A program made the translations under genes and the position numbers. Below are positions 62,045-64,000 of a stretch of DNA of 64,000 nt, one piece after another (position 1 is the first letter of the stretch; the number at the start of each line of letters is the position of its first letter). Source of the stretch: Chrysemys picta bellii (lineage: Eukaryota); assembly GCF_011386835.1 (NCBI RefSeq), contig NC_088791.1, positions 151,466,001 through 151,530,000 on the forward strand, given 5' to 3'. Below the pieces are notes generated by a model. The model made no database searches. It saw only the letters and a program-made list of their open reading frames with translations, and was not told the DNA's origin.

Positions 62045-63018
62045 TGTGATGAAGAGTCTGTCCCACACAGGGAGTGAAAGGGTTAATGTGGGCCTCAGAG
62101 TCCAATTAACATACTTGGTTGCACCTGGAGGATGGGCCAGGCCTAATTAAAGATGAAGCCCATCTGGTGAGTTAGGTGGTGGTTTTCTCTCTTGAGCTAA
62201 AGGCAGATAGAAGCCTAAAGCCAGAACCAGAGGGTCCTGAGCTAGGAGGAAGTGTGTGGCTAGAGTTGGGTGGTTCTGAAGCAGGAGAAAGTTGGAGGCA
62301 GTGGTGCCTGAAAGGCAGGGATGGTAAAACTGAAGGGTCATTTGGATTGAAGGGTTTTATGGAGAGAGGGAAGAATACTGCAGTTACTTTCTTGGTGGTA
62401 GAGAGTGGAGGGATCTGAGGGCAATAGGAAGTATCCTGCAGTGTGAGGAGGAAACCTAGTGTGGGGTGAGAAAGGAAGATACCTGGAAACACAGGATTGA
62501 AGCACACTCCTGTGGCTGACCCTGTTAAGAGAAGGAACCAGACCTCTGGGGAGAAGTCCTAGGAGGTGCTGATCATTATACAGAGCCCAGAAAGGAGCTG
62601 ATGAAAAGGCCTGAAGGCAGGAAGAAATCCAAGGAGGCAGTGGCAGCGTGTCTGGTAGGAGCAGCCAAGGTTTGCTCTTATAGGAATTGGAACCCAGTGG
62701 GGGTGCTGGGTTCCCCTACCAGCCACTGGGGAAGATGGCATGGAGCCCCCTATTGTAAGGGGCTGAAAATGACTTAAAGCCCTGAGAGACGGGTATGAGG
62801 ATCATTGGGGCCAAGGACCAGATATAAAGACACTGTTTTTTCTGTTGAATTTTGTTACCCTGGAATTAAAATGTGACCTGGCCGGAGGGCCAAGGCATGA
62901 GAAGAGAGGACACCATAGGACCAGAGCAACCATTGGCAGGGGGTGCTAGATAAGAGAGAGCCGCTATTCTACACCCAGTGACGAGGGGGTCTGCCAGAGG
63001 TGAGTCTTCCCTTTTACA
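62045..63018 (+). mobile_element. Probable old solo LTR
   Basis: Begins TGTGATG and ends CCCTTTTACA; architecture resembles 6167-7325; no TSD retained. Confidence 0.45.
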
Positions 63019-64000
63019 TATAAGCACCTAGGAAAGATTGGCTTCTGTGTGTAGTCAAACCTTTGCTAACATACACTTTTAAATCCCTTTTCTGGGATCA
63101 CTTATATGAGTAAAAGTCTATTGCTGGGCATAGACTCCACTCAATTCATTTTAATGGGAGAAAATATTCAAACAACATTCTTTGTTGGGAGCATTCTCCC
63201 ATCCTAGCGCTTTCCACATCAGCAGGACTGCAGACCTTGCCCTTCCGAGCAGGCTCTATAACTAGTTCTCCTGAGAGACTGTGAAAGGCAAGGTGGCCTC
63301 TAAGGTTCCTACGTTCTGATTTCTCAAGGGCGTCGTGAAGTCAAACCAGAACTTTGAATTCTGTTCTGAAGTAGATGGAGTGGCACAGGTGTGATTGTGC
63401 CTTTGCAGCTTATTACTTGTGCTAGTGCATGTTGTATCATTCTGGACTGCCTGGAGAGGCAATGTGGTCTAGTGGATAGGGCACCGGATGGGGAATCAGG
63501 ACAGCTGGGTCCTATTCCTGCCTCTGTCACTGGCCCTAAGCAAGTCTCATGTTGTGCCTTTCTCTTTGTACCTATGTTGTGTCTGCTGGAAGGGCAAGGT
63601 CTGCAGTCCTGCTGATGTGGAAAGAGCTGGCCACAGACAGCTTGCAATCTAGTTTCTTCCATCATCCAACTGCACGGAGGAAATACCACACGTGGCTTCT
63701 GGTTGTTTTTCTTGGTCAATTCTAACCCAGCAGCCCTCTCTTTCCAGGAAGAAAAGCCGTCCATTCAGCTTCCAAATGTCTCTCTCTGTTTAATTAGATT
63801 TGACTTGGGAAGCTTTTAGAGGTAATTGCCATTTGTGGGGAGTCGCGTGGGTCAGACGCAGCTCTTGCAAACTCTCTCTTCGGCTGGCATTTAAATAATG
63901 GTATTAATAGTTTGAAATCTATACTAGAGCCCTGCTCTCTGCTGGAATCCCACACCAGCTAACAGGAGGGATTTATTTATTTGTCCTCAATCAGTTTCTT

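Larger units (their letters stand above)
29642..64000 (+). other. LSAMP: Start of the very large first intron of LSAMP (no downstream exon recognised in window)
   Basis: Follows the GTAGGT donor. No Ig-domain or exon-1b-like peptide appears in the ORF track. LSAMP exon 1a is known to lie very far upstream of the remaining exons. Confidence 0.7.

Noticed and set aside
29642-64000. Further LSAMP exons (1a', 1b, Ig domains)
   Set aside because: No ORF-track peptide resembles them. A small or divergent exon could be missed without spliced alignment.
1-64000. CRISPR arrays, operons or other prokaryotic/phage systems
   Set aside because: The sequence is clearly vertebrate and TE-rich; tandem arrays lack unique spacers and there are no cas-like or bacterial ORFs.

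Overview
Vertebrate nuclear DNA, about 60-70% recognisable transposon debris by eye. The repeat landscape (CR1 LINEs, tRNA-head/CR1-tail SINE, MIR, hAT and Harbinger MITEs, Gypsy LTRs) suggests a turtle; this is an inference. The only host coding sequence I can support is a 67-bp signal-peptide exon at 29575-29641 (+; MRTYWLHSIWVLGFFLSLFSLQ/G, donor GTAGGT). It matches the alternative first exon 1a of LSAMP, so 29642-64000 is most likely the start of its very large first intron. The most notable structure is upstream, at 5610-14635: a fossil DNA transposon with ~260-bp terminal inverted repeats and a decayed Cys-rich transposase-like ORF ending in a tesmin/TSO1-like CXC cluster. At least five younger elements are nested in it. 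One is a very young, non-autonomous Gmr1-like Gypsy element (463-bp LTRs differing at 1 base, AGCAC TSD, tRNA-Leu PBS, PPT; SAP-like/coiled-coil/SCAN/CCHC gag, protease, integrase H2C2; no integrase core, RT or RNase H). Other oddities are an E-box-rich G-purine higher-order minisatellite, a solo LTR with an internal copy of its own terminus, and a 28S rRNA-derived fragment abutting a truncated LTR element. There are no prokaryotic features, CRISPR arrays or intact RNA genes. All alignments were done by eye; family names are not database-verified.
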